In this document: positions 28,143-43,312 of the stretch, piece after piece
How positions within the stretch are numbered: the stretch's first letter is position 1
How the letters are laid out: the number at the start of each line of letters is the position of its first letter
Source of the DNA: Eledone cirrhosa
Lineage: Eukaryota
Reading direction: 5' to 3'
DNA length: 64,000 nucleotides
NCBI GenBank assembly: GCA_964016885.1
Contig: OZ024745.1
Location: 2,294,001-2,358,000 of the forward strand
Position numbers and translations under genes: made by a program
The notes under the pieces: model-generated
Seen by the model: only the letters and a program-made list of their open reading frames with translations
Databases searched by the model: none
What the model was told of the DNA's origin: nothing

Positions 28143-30578
28143 TTAAGTAGGTTTATAATATTTAAATGTTTTTCTTAGTTTATGATTACACGATATAATT
28201 AATTCCTGTCGTTTATTTAATAGGATATCCTTAGATTTCATTATTTCAAATAGTTCTTGGGAACATAATCTACATTCATTTCTATTATTTTGATAAGGGG
28301 TGGCTCTTTTGAGCACACTCCAGGTCATATCATATTCTATATTCTTATTTTTATAACTATTGATTGTTTCTGCTAGAGATGTTGTATTAGCCAGTGCGGC
28401 ATTTTTAAAACTATGTTTGTGGGTATTAAACCTTACCTTAAAATTGTTAGAAGTAGCTCCTATATATGAGCAAATAGAATCTTTAGTTTTAACATTACAT
28501 TTATAAACTATGTTGTTAACAAGACAATTTCCTTTTAATGGGCAGTTTGCTTTGTTTCTACAGTTACAACCTTTCGTTAATTCTGTATTTGAGGAGATAT
28601 TATGGTTAGTTTGATGTATTGGTGGTATACTTATGGTATTCTTACATTTATATGCATTATAGGCACTTATATTTTGTTTTATGTTATTGGTTGTTGAGTA
28701 TGAGAATTTAACTGTAGACCTATTTAAGATTTGATGGTATTTGTGGTTTGGCGGGAAGTTTTTCTCTAGGATATAAAAATTTTTTTTAGCAATATTATCC
28801 TTAATTTGTAAATTAAATGGAGCATTATACCAAGTAACTCGTCTATTACGGTTTCTATGTTGTTTATTATTTTTATAGGTTGTATCGTGATGTTTACTAG
28901 GAGGATTAATGTTAATGATCTCACCACGCACATTTTTAGTTAGATTTATAGATTTAGGTGTTTTATCTTGTTTATTAGGAGTTTTATTATTAACATTTAT
29001 TAGAGTTGTATGATGAGTAGTTTTTTGAGAGTTACTATACTTTATATTAGAAGAGTTGTTGGTATTTTGGGGTATAGTGTGGGTGGCATTTAGGTGTGTA
29101 CTTTTCATTTGGTGTTTGTTGGTAATATTAGGTTGTATGTTTATAGTATTTTTAGTAGAAGGTATATATTCTAATCTATTTTTGTGGCCACTTCTATCTA
29201 GAGCTTCGTTATAGAAGGTCGCATTTTTATCAAATACATCTTGGTTAGAAGAAAGGTTAGAAATTCTAAGTGATATATTATATGCAAGGTTTTTAAGGAT
29301 AGATTTAGGGTGATTAGATTGTGAGTGTATGTAGTGTAAGTTTTGGTTGGGTTTATAGTAAGGTTGGTAGATACCCGTAGCTAAGTCTAAAGTTATATCT
29401 AGGAAATTTACTACTTTACTTGTTTTTTCAAAAGTAATATGAAGACTATAATAGTCTTTAAGGAAAGTTCTAATATGCTTTTTGTTTTTTTCTATTTCTG
29501 AAAGGCTAAGGTTGTTGGAAAGAAGAAGACAGTCATCACGATATAAACCACCTTTAAGGTGGGGAAAGGAGGCATTTATGTTGAAAAGGAGAAAGAGGCC
29601 CACAAGATCAGTAATTTGGGCGGAATCGCTTGAACCCATAGTAATATCAAATAGATTACTATATGTGTTTCTGGTTCAGTATTCATTCTGAAATTCAATA
29701 AGTGTTAGTCTAGCATGTGTAATAATATTAATGTCATCCAAAGTTAAGTTAGATCTATTTTTAGCAAATATCAATGCTTTGTTCAGGAGTATAGGTGATA
29801 TAGAAGAATAGTAATTATCTATATCAAATTGTAGAAATGAAGCAGAAGATTTACATCTAATATTTTTAAACCAGTTAATTACCTGGGAAGTGTTTTCCCA
29901 GAGTGGTAAATTAACGCGTTTTCTTATTTGTGGGATGACTCTATCCAAAATTTTTTTGCTAATTATTCCAATATCAGATTTGGAGGGACATATAAGTCTT
30001 ATAGAAGGATTTGAGTTAAAGTTTGATTTATGATCCTTCAGGTTGAAGTGTGGTCTTTTCAATGCCAAAGGTTCAGTTCTATCTTCAATGTTTAGTTTTT
30101 TTACTATGTTGTGTGTTTTGTTGTTGATGTTGGTGAGTGACGCATTATTAGATTTTTTATAATTTTTCCTGAGTTCTTTATATATGAACTCATTATAATC
30201 TTCAATATCCATGTGATACAAGTTACCAGTTTTGTCCGAGTGGACATGGATTTTTTTAGACTTTTTTAGGTCCAATAGGGTAGAATCAAGGTCCTTTTGA
30301 AAGACAGATTTATACTTCTTAAATTTGAGGTGTTTAATTAAATTAAAAAGGTCTTTCTCAAAGTCTTCAAGTAAAGAGTTGTGTGGTGGATTCTTGTAAG
30401 TATTGAAATCATACATATATTTCCTATCTGCATATTTAGATTTTTTATCGAAGTGGTAGGCTCTCCATCTAACTCTTCTGATAAATTGGTTAGTTTTTTG
30501 AATCATAAGGAGTAAGAAGTCATCCTTAGAAGGTATTGGTATATTCTTTAAAGAGGTTCCCAAGTATTGTTTTTCCAT
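28143..30578 (-). pseudogene. Naiad-type PLE RT-GIY-YIG polyprotein (811 codons) with one in-frame TGA at 29676-29678
   Basis: SLKNIPIPS, SDKTGNLY, LKDHK.NF..NP.IRLI.P.KS, QFDI..YY.SI, FDITMGS.DSA, GLYRDD, VNFLDITLDL, CNCRNKANCPLKGNC (CxCx5Cx5C), IVYKC..YIGAT..FK.RF..H, CRLCSQE, SCNH. ORFs 29676-30578 and 28143-29639 are in the same frame (offset 939 nt). Confidence 0.92.
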
Positions 30579-30921
30579 TGTGATATGGATGATGGACAGA
30601 GCTCAACTAAATGTATATGGGTTTACAAAATCATACATATATATGTATATACATAAATATAAAATTAACACACACATACAGTACAAAAATACGAATATTT
30701 CCGTGAAAATAGGAGCAAAATTATGTAGATAAATCTACCAAGAGTTTATGGTAGTGTCCAACCCGTATGAAGAACTCAATGTAATCCGGATATCATGGAA
30801 AGAAGAGATGCAATGAAAAATCACTTTCGGTGAAAGATAAACGGAATACATAGTCAAGATAAAATATAAAAAAAATAATGAATAAAACAATGAAACAGTT
30901 CCTTATATTAAACAAAAAAAG

Positions 30922-31075
30922 TTCATTATTTAACGATCGTTTCTAGGATATATATGTGTTAGAATTGGCATGTATATTCAACAGATCTATGTACAAAATT
31001 ATACAAAATTATACAAACTATCAAAATTAAATATACATACCAACACATATATATGCCGTCTTCAGAAATAATGAA
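30922..31075 (-). ncRNA. Hammerhead ribozyme with very long stem II (5' pLTR of the Naiad element)
   Basis: TTCATTATTT-CTGAAGA-(~115 nt hairpin)-GAAA-CGATCG-TT-AAATAATGAA. Perfect 10-bp stem I. Confidence 0.8.
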
Positions 31076-31696
31076 ATATATTTATTGATAATAACAACAA
31101 TTCAAAATTACAGGTCTGTTTGGGAACAGAGTTCAAATTGACCAATGAAAACACAAAAAGTTTATACAGTTAGGTGTGTGTATATATGTAAGTAACTTCG
31201 TTCACAGATATGCATAAAAATATATGTTCACATGCATACGCATGCCGAAAAGATGTATGTAAATACAAAAATTCAAAAATACAAAATGTATGTAAAAAAA
31301 AAAATTCTACTACAGATGAGATTATAAAATATTGTGTAATCATAAATTGTGAAAAACTTTTAAATATTACTAATATATACTTTGTAAATTAATTTATAGA
31401 TTAATTTTAATTTATTTAACCTTTTATTAAAATTCCTTTACAGATAAAATATAACAAAATATCGTGTATTCAATGACAGAGAAATATTTTTTAATATTAT
31501 AGACCTAATTAATGTACAATTTAGAAATATATTTATAATTTGGTTTTAATTTGGTTAACCTAAAAATTTAATTTAATTGGCTTAAAATTAAAATCCTAAT
31601 ACAGATGGATTGCAGAGTGTCATGTAATCATAGACTGAGATAGGTTTTGGATGTATACCTAGTTAATATATTCTTTGCAATTTTTGAAAAAATATG

Positions 31697-31738
<42 letters not shown>

Positions 31739-32392
31739 TATATATATATGTGTATATATTAATTTTAATTTTTGTTTACCTATAATTATATTCTACTATA
31801 GATAAAATACAATATCTGTTTTAATTATTATAAACCTAATTAACATATACTATAGAAATTAATATATAATTTTTAATTTAGTTAACCTATAATTTATATT
31901 CTACTACCGATGTAATACTTTATTTGGTTTTTTTCCCTATTACTAAATTCATTTCCTAATATTGATACCATAACGTTAATAATTTTAATTTAGTTATACT
32001 ATAATTAATACTCTACTACTATTTAACTTCAAAATTCCGCTTCAAATATTATAAACCTAAGTAGTATACACCTTAGAAATCAATATATTAACTATCTTTA
32101 ATTTAGTTAACCTATAATTAATAGTCTACTTATATTAAAATGCATAATTTTGCCTTCTTTCTTACATTTCCTAATACTGAAACTACTATGTAAACACATA
32201 TTATGATCTAAATGCAGATTAATATTCTATGTTTCTTGAAACCTATATTTACTATAATCCCCTCCCCCCCTATTATTATTTGTATTTGTAAGCGTGGATG
32301 TATGTATGTATATGTAGGTAGGTATGTATGTTTGGGTGTTTGTATGTGAGTATAAAAATACATATGTGCGCATGTAAATAAGGGTGTATGAT

Positions 32393-32444
<52 letters not shown>

Positions 32445-32559
32445 TGTATCTATGTATTTATGTGGGTATATGTGTGTATGTATATGTATGCGCATATATA
32501 CGTCTATGTGTATATGTGTGTATGTGTATATATGTACGTATATGCGCATGTATATGTGA

Positions 32560-32599
<40 letters not shown>

Positions 32600-32629
32600 A
32601 GTTGATGTGTGTATGTGTATATATATATG

Positions 32630-32674
<45 letters not shown>

Positions 32675-32772
32675 GTATATATGTGTATGTATGTGTGTGC
32701 ATATTTGTCTGACTGTGTGTATTAATTTATTTATTTATTTATTTATTTTATTTCTTTATTTTTATATATATG

Positions 32773-32845
<73 letters not shown>

Positions 32846-33135
32846 ATATGTATGTATGTGTGTATGTATGTGTATGTATATGTGTGTGTGTGTGTGTGTG
32901 TATGTGTGTATATATTTATATGTGTATATATATCTCTGTTTATATATGTATATATGTGTATGTATATCCCTTTATTTATGTATGTCTGAGTTGTGTGAGC
33001 GTATGGTTGTGTTTGTATGTGTATACGCATACATGGATGTGTATGTATGTGTATATATGCGTATATGTATGTGTGTATGTGTGTGTGTATATATGTATGT
33101 CTATGTATGAGTATGTATGTATATGTATGTATATA

Positions 33136-33188
<53 letters not shown>

Positions 33189-33250
33189 TATATATGTGTG
33201 TGTATATATATATATATCTTTGTATATGTGTATGTGTATATGTGTGTGTG

Positions 33251-33300
<50 letters not shown>

Positions 33301-33354
33301 GGTATGTATGTGTATATGTGTATATACATGAGTGTGTTTATATATGTGTATAGA

Positions 33355-33407
<53 letters not shown>

Positions 33408-33602
33408 TGTGAATGTATGTATATATGTATGTGTGTATATATATATATATGTGTGTATATATGTATATGTCTATGTATTTATATGTGTATATGTATGTGT
33501 CTCTATATGTATGCGTGTGTGTGTATGTGTATGTGTATATATATGGTGTGTGTATGTATATGTATGTGTATGTATGTGTTTATGTATATGTGTATGTATA
33601 TG

Positions 33603-33667
<65 letters not shown>

Positions 33668-33693
33668 ATCGATGTATATTTTATATTTTACTT

Positions 33694-33744
<51 letters not shown>

Positions 33745-34369
33745 CTTAATATTTTTCTTTTTCTTTTTCTCTTTTTCTTTTTCTTTTTCTTTTTCTTTTT
33801 CTTTTTCTTTCTAAATTTATAGATGCATTTATATATAGGCAGTTTGCTGACACCAGTAAATACTGACCTCTCCCCCCCTCTCCACCTACTTTCTGTATCT
33901 GGATCTAAATATGTGTGGCAGTGTTTATGTGCGCGCATTAATGTTCATATGCTTATGATAATAGTATATACACATATATGTGTGTGGGGGTATGTGTGTA
34001 TGTATGTTCGTGGTTGTGTGTATGTTTATGCGTATACGCGCGTGTGTGTGTGTGAATGTATGTATATGTGTGAGTATATGAATGTGTATATATTTATTTT
34101 TATATTTATATGTTTATATGCGTATATGTATTTTATCTGTAGATTATAAACATACAGAGACATTAGCCCTGAATTTTTGTATTTACATACATCTTTTCGG
34201 CATGCGTATGCATGTGAACATATATTTTTATGCATATCTGTGAACGAAGTTACTTACATATATACACACACCTAACTGTATAAACTTTTTGTGTTTTCAT
34301 TGGTCAATTTGAACTCTGTTCCCAAACAGACCTGTAATTTTGAATTGTTGTTATTATCAATAAATATAT

Positions 34370-34523
34370 TTCATTATTTCTGAAGACGGCATATATATGT
34401 GTTGGTATGTATATTTAATTTTGATAGTTTGTATAATTTTGTATAATTTTGTACATAGATCTGTTGAATATACATGCCAATTCTAACACATATATGTCCT
34501 AGAAACGATCGTTAAATAATGAA
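34370..34523 (+). ncRNA. Hammerhead ribozyme with very long stem II (inverted pLTR copy)
   Basis: ttcattattt ctgaaga cggcatatatatgtgttgg...ctaacacatatatgtcc ta gaaa cgatcg tt aaataatgaa. Confidence 0.8.
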
Positions 34524-34717
34524 CTTTTTTTGTTTAATATAAGGAACTGTTTCATTGTTTTATTCATTATTTTTTTAATACTTTATCTTGACTCTGTATT
34601 CCGTTTATCTTTCACCGAAAGTGATTTTTGAATGCATCTCTTCTTTCCATGATATCCGGATTACATTGAGTTCTTCATACAGATTGGACACTACCGTAAA
34701 CTCTTGGTAGATTTATC

Positions 34718-34782
<65 letters not shown>

Positions 34783-35171
34783 TTATTTCTATAATGATAT
34801 TTCCTGCTAATTATCACAATATTGCTAAGCATTCCTCAATTCTATCACCCCATTCTATCGTCTCCCACCCTCACCTCTCCTACTCTATTTCCCACTCTAT
34901 CACAACTTACCACCCCCTCCACTTCCTCTATACCTATCAGCTGTGTAAGCCATAGTATGGTTTTCATTCTGTTCACATTCCCTATCTACTAAACACTGGT
35001 TATTATTCACACTACTTATATTCCACATGGTACATATTTCTATTTCTAGATACTTGTATTTGACAAGATCGAGACAGAACAGAGGTAAAAAGTAAGCAGA
35101 AGGTGAAGCAGAAAGAACAAGAAACGATAAACCTGCATCTACTACTTCTGGATGATAAAATGACAAGTCAG

Positions 35172-35460
35172 TCAATCATATTCGTGCCCCCTCCCCACAG
35201 CCCCGGCGGACAGAATGGAGAAGGCGTTACCCCGGCGGACGGCGCTAGAAGAGCCATTCAGCTCGCGGGGCTCACCCCTGCGGCTAGCCAGTTCAGCGCC
35301 TATGGTGGTGAGTAGGGGGGTAGCCCTAGGGCCGAGGACAACAGAAGTCTCCACTGCCAAGGGTACAACCGAAAACCTGTCGGAGAGCGACCAGTATTTG
35401 AAGAGTTTGGCCTCCTCAGCCCGACGTGCAGCAGAACCTGGGTTAGTCGAAAGAAGGTGA
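35172..35460 (-). pseudogene. CRE-clade non-LTR retrotransposon C-terminal (restriction-like endonuclease region) fragment
   Basis: AEEAK..KY..L...F..VPLAVET...LGP.A..LL..IG..L....GEPRE...RRGNA.SIL matches the conserved CRE C-terminus. GC-rich island. Confidence 0.75.
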
Positions 35461-36901
35461 AGTATAAGAAGACTAACCACTGACTAAAGAGAATGGTACA
35501 TTCAGCAGGAATAATAGGGCAATGGAGAAAGTTTGTATTTAGAAGTGGGTAAAAAATAATGGAATTCAGAACTGAGGGAATAAAGAGAGAAAGTAGAGGA
35601 CAGAGAGAAAAGGGTGAACATACTAAAGTTAATGCTAGGGTTGAGGATGAACGGAAAGAAGAGGGAGAAAGATACAGGGATATTAAGAAGTAAAGAATAG
35701 GAAAAGTTGTGTGGAAAGAGACCTATAAGAGAAATGTCGAATTGACACATTAAATAAAGCGAAAAGATATAAATTATTCAATCGGCAGAAACAAATTCAT
35801 TCTTTTTTTCTCCAATTATGACGGAAAGTCAGTTTAAGAATATTTTTTTAGTAAAATGGATGCAGTGAATATCGTTAAGTGTTGTTGGTGACAATACTTT
35901 CACCAGTTTGTGGTGAGCAGCTAAGATCTCCTCTCCAACCGAGGATGTACACTTTCACCCTTGTTTTGTTGTATCTTTTCTTTAAATCTTACTTTTTATT
36001 GTGTTTTGTGAAACTGATTATTTCCCGCCTTTAGTCCTTCTCCAAAATTTCATTGGACGACAGCAAATATTCTTTGACACGAAAGACGGGTTTAGACGGA
36101 TAATTCTAAATATTGATAGGATAATGAAAAATCTTCAAAGAACTTCCGGAAATGATCGGAAGTTCCGATTAACTTCCAATTAATTCCATCTATATAATCA
36201 CACTACATTTAGCCTGTAGGTTGAATAAAGTTCCACACAGCAAACCAAATTTAATGAGAGAAGTATTGCTGAAGTGATTTGTAAGGGGGCGCTCCGATCT
36301 TCGCTGAAGTAAAACAATACAGGTTTAAACTTTGACTTTAGAATTTGGTGATATTTTCTGGTTAGGCAAACATTTTCAGGAGAAAATAGGGGGTGGTGGT
36401 GGTGGTGAGCTGGTCTTCTTTGACAAATATTTGGTGACTGCACCTGCTATTATAGTTACAACAACCAATCAGCTCCTTGCTGTTCGTGACTATTATTAAT
36501 AGATGGCTTCTACTTATTGATGAGAATTGAGTCTAATTCCGTTGTTGCATTCGTTGGTTTTAATAGTGACATTATCTTGGATGTAGCATTTTTGCAGATA
36601 TTTGTTAACAGAAAAATACTTGTATCGACTTGAGATTTTTAATCCAGATCTGTAACTTAGAGACAGTGTTTCGGATTGTGTGTGTATGTATAACTGTATA
36701 TATATATATACAGTGTATATATACTATGTGTCAATAATTGTCACAAGTGTAGTGTTTGTACCAGAGTTTTCAAGTCGCTGGCTGGACTAAAAAGTCACAC
36801 TCGTCCAGCGCATCGGTAGGAGTTCTCCTACATGGATATAAAGTAGTGGCCGTACTCGAAAACGAGTTGGCAGCCACCATATATATATATATATACTTTT
36901 C

Positions 36902-36941
<40 letters not shown>

Positions 36942-37074
36942 CTCATTTCTTCATTTCTTCTCTCACTTAAATATGCTTACGCTGTGTATTTATCCTTTGA
37001 AACTCAACTCTTCATGCACTCTATTTTCACTGTCAATATATTAATCGCTCTTTCTTTCCTCTTCTATCTTTCTC

Positions 37075-37345
37075 ATTTCTTTCTTCTTTTTTTCTTTTTT
37101 CTTTTTTCTTTTTTCTTTTTTCTTTTTTCTTTTTTCTTTTTTCTTTTTTCTTTTTTCTTTTTTTCTTTTTTTTCTTTTTTTCTTTTTCTCTTTTTTTCTT
37201 TATTTCTTTATTTCTTAATTTCTTAATTTCTTTTTTCTTTTTCTTTTTTCTTTTTTTCTTTTTTTCTTTTTTTCTTTTTTTCTTTTTTTCTTTTTTTCTT
37301 TTTTTCTTTTTTTCTTTTTTTCTTTTTTTCTTTTTTTCTCTCTCC
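37075..37345 (+). repeat. (CT5-7)n polypyrimidine tract
   Basis: Directly visible. Confidence 0.9.
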
Positions 37346-37540
37346 CTCACATATCACCTTCCAACAGTTTAATTTAAATAAACCGGTATCTTTTCAACCT
37401 TTCGGACACTCATTTGCATACTCACTCATAATTTTGTATCACCCTCAATAAATGTAATATCTCCACTATCCAGGAAGCTCCAACCGTTAAGGTTGTCTTT
37501 TTTTCCGGGTATGTCAATATTTATTTATAAAACAAATCTG

Positions 37541-37606
37541 TATTTTATCTGATGAAAGCGCACCATAATTTGCCTTGGTTGCCCTTGAAATATGTATAAT
37601 AAAATA
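37541..37606 (+). ncRNA. Type I hammerhead ribozyme (pLTR)
   Basis: TATTTTAT-CTGATGA-AAGCGCACC..GGTTGCCCTT-GAAA-TATGTA-TA-ATAAAATA. Confidence 0.75.
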
Positions 37607-37644
37607 AATATGGTTTTATACATATAGTTTCCATTTATTAATAT

Positions 37645-37683
<39 letters not shown>

Positions 37684-37725
37684 CAGAATATTAATAAATG
37701 AAGACATTCACATAATCAAAATATA

Positions 37726-37791
37726 TGTTTTATTATATATATTTCGAAGGTACTGTGATGTTTTTTCAGTACGTCCTCGTCAGATAAAATA
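37726..37791 (-). ncRNA. Hammerhead ribozyme (left arm of palindrome 37678-37913)
   Basis: Reverse complement of the 37798-37864 motif, with a CTGACGA core. Confidence 0.75.
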
Positions 37792-37797
37792 TTCATG

Positions 37798-37864
37798 TAT
37801 TTTATCTGACGAGGACGTACTGAAAAAAACAGCACAGTACCTTCGAAATATATATAATAAAACA
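37798..37864 (+). ncRNA. Hammerhead ribozyme (right arm of palindrome)
   Basis: TATTTTAT-CTGACGA-GGAC-GTACTG..CAGTAC-CTTC-GAAA-TATATA-TA-ATAAAACA. Confidence 0.75.
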
Positions 37865-38162
37865 TATTTTGATTATGTGAATGTCTTCATTTTATTAATA
37901 TTCTGAATAATATTAATAACTCCAGAAAACTTCTTTGTAGAGTGCTTTTAATCTATTGTAAAACTATATTCATTGAATAATCAATGAACCATATTAATCT
38001 TTGGTTATATATATATATATGTGTGTGTGTGCGTATGTGTGTGTGTGTATAACTATATACATATATATATGTATATATTTATATATATATATATATAAAT
38101 ATATATATATGTGTGTATGTGTGTATAACTATATACATATATATATATATGTATATATAAAT

Positions 38163-38246
<84 letters not shown>

Positions 38247-38247
38247 G

Positions 38248-40146
<1,899 letters not shown>

Positions 40147-40274
40147 AAAGATCTATTTAAAGTTGTTGGGATACAACAAGTAAATATTTTTATAACTGAT
40201 ATAAAGCACTCGACAAGTTTTTGGAGTAGATATACGATATTAATAAATGGAAACTATATTTATAAAACCATATT

Positions 40275-40339
40275 TATTTCATTATACATATTTCAGGGAT
40301 ACCATATTAAATTATGGTATGCCTTCATCAGACAAAATA
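40275..40339 (-). ncRNA. Type I hammerhead ribozyme
   Basis: TATTTTGT-CTGATGA-AGGC-ATACCATA..TATGGTAT-CCCT-GAAA-TATGTA-TA-ATGAAATA. Confidence 0.8.
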
Positions 40340-43245
40340 CAATATATAACAGTTTTACAAATAGCTTTGACGTACCCTTTTAAAATACAACCATTACTTT
40401 TGGAGGCTGTCTGGATAGTGAATTGTTTATATTGTTTTAATAAGTCATAGTGTTAAGCACAATTAGAAAAAGACGGAGATAAAGAAAAAAGACGGAGAGA
40501 GAGAAAAGAACAATGACGGAGAGAGAGAAAGAAAGAAAAAGAAAGAAAACCTGGAGAAATATCGGAGAGAGAGAGAGAGAAATGTATGGAGAAGAGAAAG
40601 AGATAAATAAAGATAGGAGGAAATAAAAAATAAAAAATAAAAAATAAAGAAAATGAATAAATAAGAAAAACAAAGGAAAGTAACAGAGAGATATCAAGTC
40701 ATCATACAGAGAGAAAAACTCAAGAGAGAGAAATACTATATAGAGAGAGGGGGGACAATGAAAACTTTACGTCATGTCATATTAAGTTGAGTAACAATTT
40801 ATATGAAATGAATAATAAAAATATAAGTATCAATATTCATGAATGGGAAATATATATATAATATGAGAAATTAAACATTGTTCAATAATGACTATATGTT
40901 TAGTTTAGAAACTTGAGATCAATATATCAAAATCTGAGTTCAAAGATGTACCCTTGCTATAGAGATCAGTATTTTATGCAAAGACATACAAATATATATG
41001 TATATATATATACATATAGATACGCACGTCCTGAAAATAGAAATTATGTTTACTCAAGCCAACAATATAGCCATACAAAACGTAAATGATTTCTCTTAAT
41101 CACTGCTATACACTCATTGTGTTATAAAAGTTTCACAGTATATATATACAAATATATACGATTAACAATCATGTCCTCATATATACGATTACCATTCATG
41201 TGTTTAATATTATGCATATCTGCAACATACCTCCCAACCACATAGATATATACACATACATATATACACATACATATGTATAAATAAATATTTGCGTGCG
41301 TCGTCACGCATCACTCATGCATATATACAGACATATATAGACACAAAAAAATCTATAACACTTTTTATGCATGTTAATATACACATATGCATTTGCATAG
41401 AGATAATCAAATATCAATATATTACTAAAGGATTATAACTTGTAAACATAACCATAACAAAATAAATTTAAAATACCAAAGGAGTATATTTTGGAAATGC
41501 AGCTATATCAGTATAGACAAAAGAAATCTAGAAATATCAAAGCATTAAATATCTTTAAAACACTATAGAGTATCTTAAGTTAAAATAATATGTTTTATAT
41601 ATTTAGTATAGAAATTTATCCTACGTATATCTCAATCAAGATATTGAAAGGGTAGACATATGAAAGTTATGAGAAGCTATCATAATCAAAACAAATAAAT
41701 AAAAATAATTTAAAAGATTTAAAAAAATTTAAAAAACCCAATGATTCTACAGATATTCTACCTTATATTTAGTATAGAAATTTACCTTACGTATATTTTA
41801 TTTAATACATTGGAAGTATAGACATTTTAGAGTAGTTTATTATATCCTTGTTTATATTTAGGAAGAAAGTTTAAAAAGAAAAAGGTGAAGGAATCTAATG
41901 ATTTATCGACAGGTTCCATATATTAACTAAAATTACTTAATTATTTATACTACATTTTAAATTTATATTTATATTTAAACGTTGAGTTCAATCTATGTCT
42001 GCAGCAACTGAATAAATTGTTCCTTAGATTAAGGGAATTTTTGGACTTTAATATAAAGAATATTTCTTCAATACAAAGATCACAATTCTCTGAAGAGGAA
42101 TTAAAAGGAGTAGCTTATGAAATAATATTCCAATTCATCGAATATTTAATATTATCTCGTTTTAGGTCCCATAGTAGGCTAGATAGCGAAGTTGAAGATT
42201 TTTTGTTTGGATCTGTGAAAGAATTCTTATGATTATTGAAGCGAAATTGTCTATATATGTCTGTATATATACATGAGTGATGCGTGACGACGCACGCAAA
42301 TATTTATTTATACATATGTATGTGTATATATGTATGTGTATATATCTATGTGGTTGGGAGGTATGTTGCAGATATGCATAATATTAAACACATGAATGGT
42401 AATCGTATATATGAGGACATGAATGTTAATCGTATATATTTGTATATATATACTGTGAAATTTTTATAACACAGGGAATGTATAGCAGTGATTAAGAGAA
42501 ATCATTTACGTTTTGTATGGCTATATTGTTGGCTTGAGTAAACATAATTTCTATTTTCAGGACGTGCGTATCTATATGTATATATATATACATATATATT
42601 TGTATATCTTTGCATAAAATACTGATCTCTATAGCAAGGGTACATCTCTGAACTCAGATTTTGATATATTGATCTCAAGTTTCTAAACTAAACATATAGT
42701 CATTATTGAACAATGTTTAATTTCTCATATTATATACATATATGTCCCATTCATGAATATTGATACTTATATTTTTATTATTCATTTCATATAAATTGTT
42801 AACTCAACTTAATATGACATGACGTAAAGTTTTCATTGTCCCCCCTCTCTCTATATAGTATTTCTCTCTCTTGAGTTTTTCTCTCTGTATGATGACTTGA
42901 TATCTCTCTGTTGCTTTCCTTTGTTTTTCTTATTTCTTCCTTTTCTTTCTTTTTTATTTTTTATTTTTTATTTCCTCCTATCTTTATTTATCTCTTTCTC
43001 TTCTCCATACATTTCTCTCTCCGATATTTTTCCAGGTTTTCTTTCTTTTTCTTTCTTTCTCTCTCTCCGTCTTTGTTCTTTTCTCTCTCTCCGTCTTTTT
43101 TTTTATCTCCGTCTTTTTCTAATTGTGCTTAACACTATGACTTATTAAAACAATATAAAAAATTCACTATCCAGACAGCCTCCAAAAGTAATGGTTGTAT
43201 TTTAAAAGGGTACGTCAAAGCTATTTGTAAAACTGTTATATATTG

Positions 43246-43310
43246 TATTTTGTCTGATGAAGGCATACCATAATTTAATATGGTATCCCTGAAATATGTA
43301 TAATGAAATA
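43246..43310 (+). ncRNA. Type I hammerhead ribozyme (inverted copy)
   Basis: Same motif as 40275-40339, on the plus strand. Confidence 0.8.
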
Positions 43311-43312
43311 AA

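Larger units (their letters stand above)
25776..34722 (-). mobile_element. Naiad-type Penelope-like element with long inverted partial duplicate
   Basis: Minus unit: pLTR ~31275-30723, ORF 30578-28143, 3' UTR to ~25776. The plus-strand segment 31304-33700 is the reverse complement of 25776-28073, and 34168-34722 is the reverse complement of 30723-31275. Confidence 0.9.
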
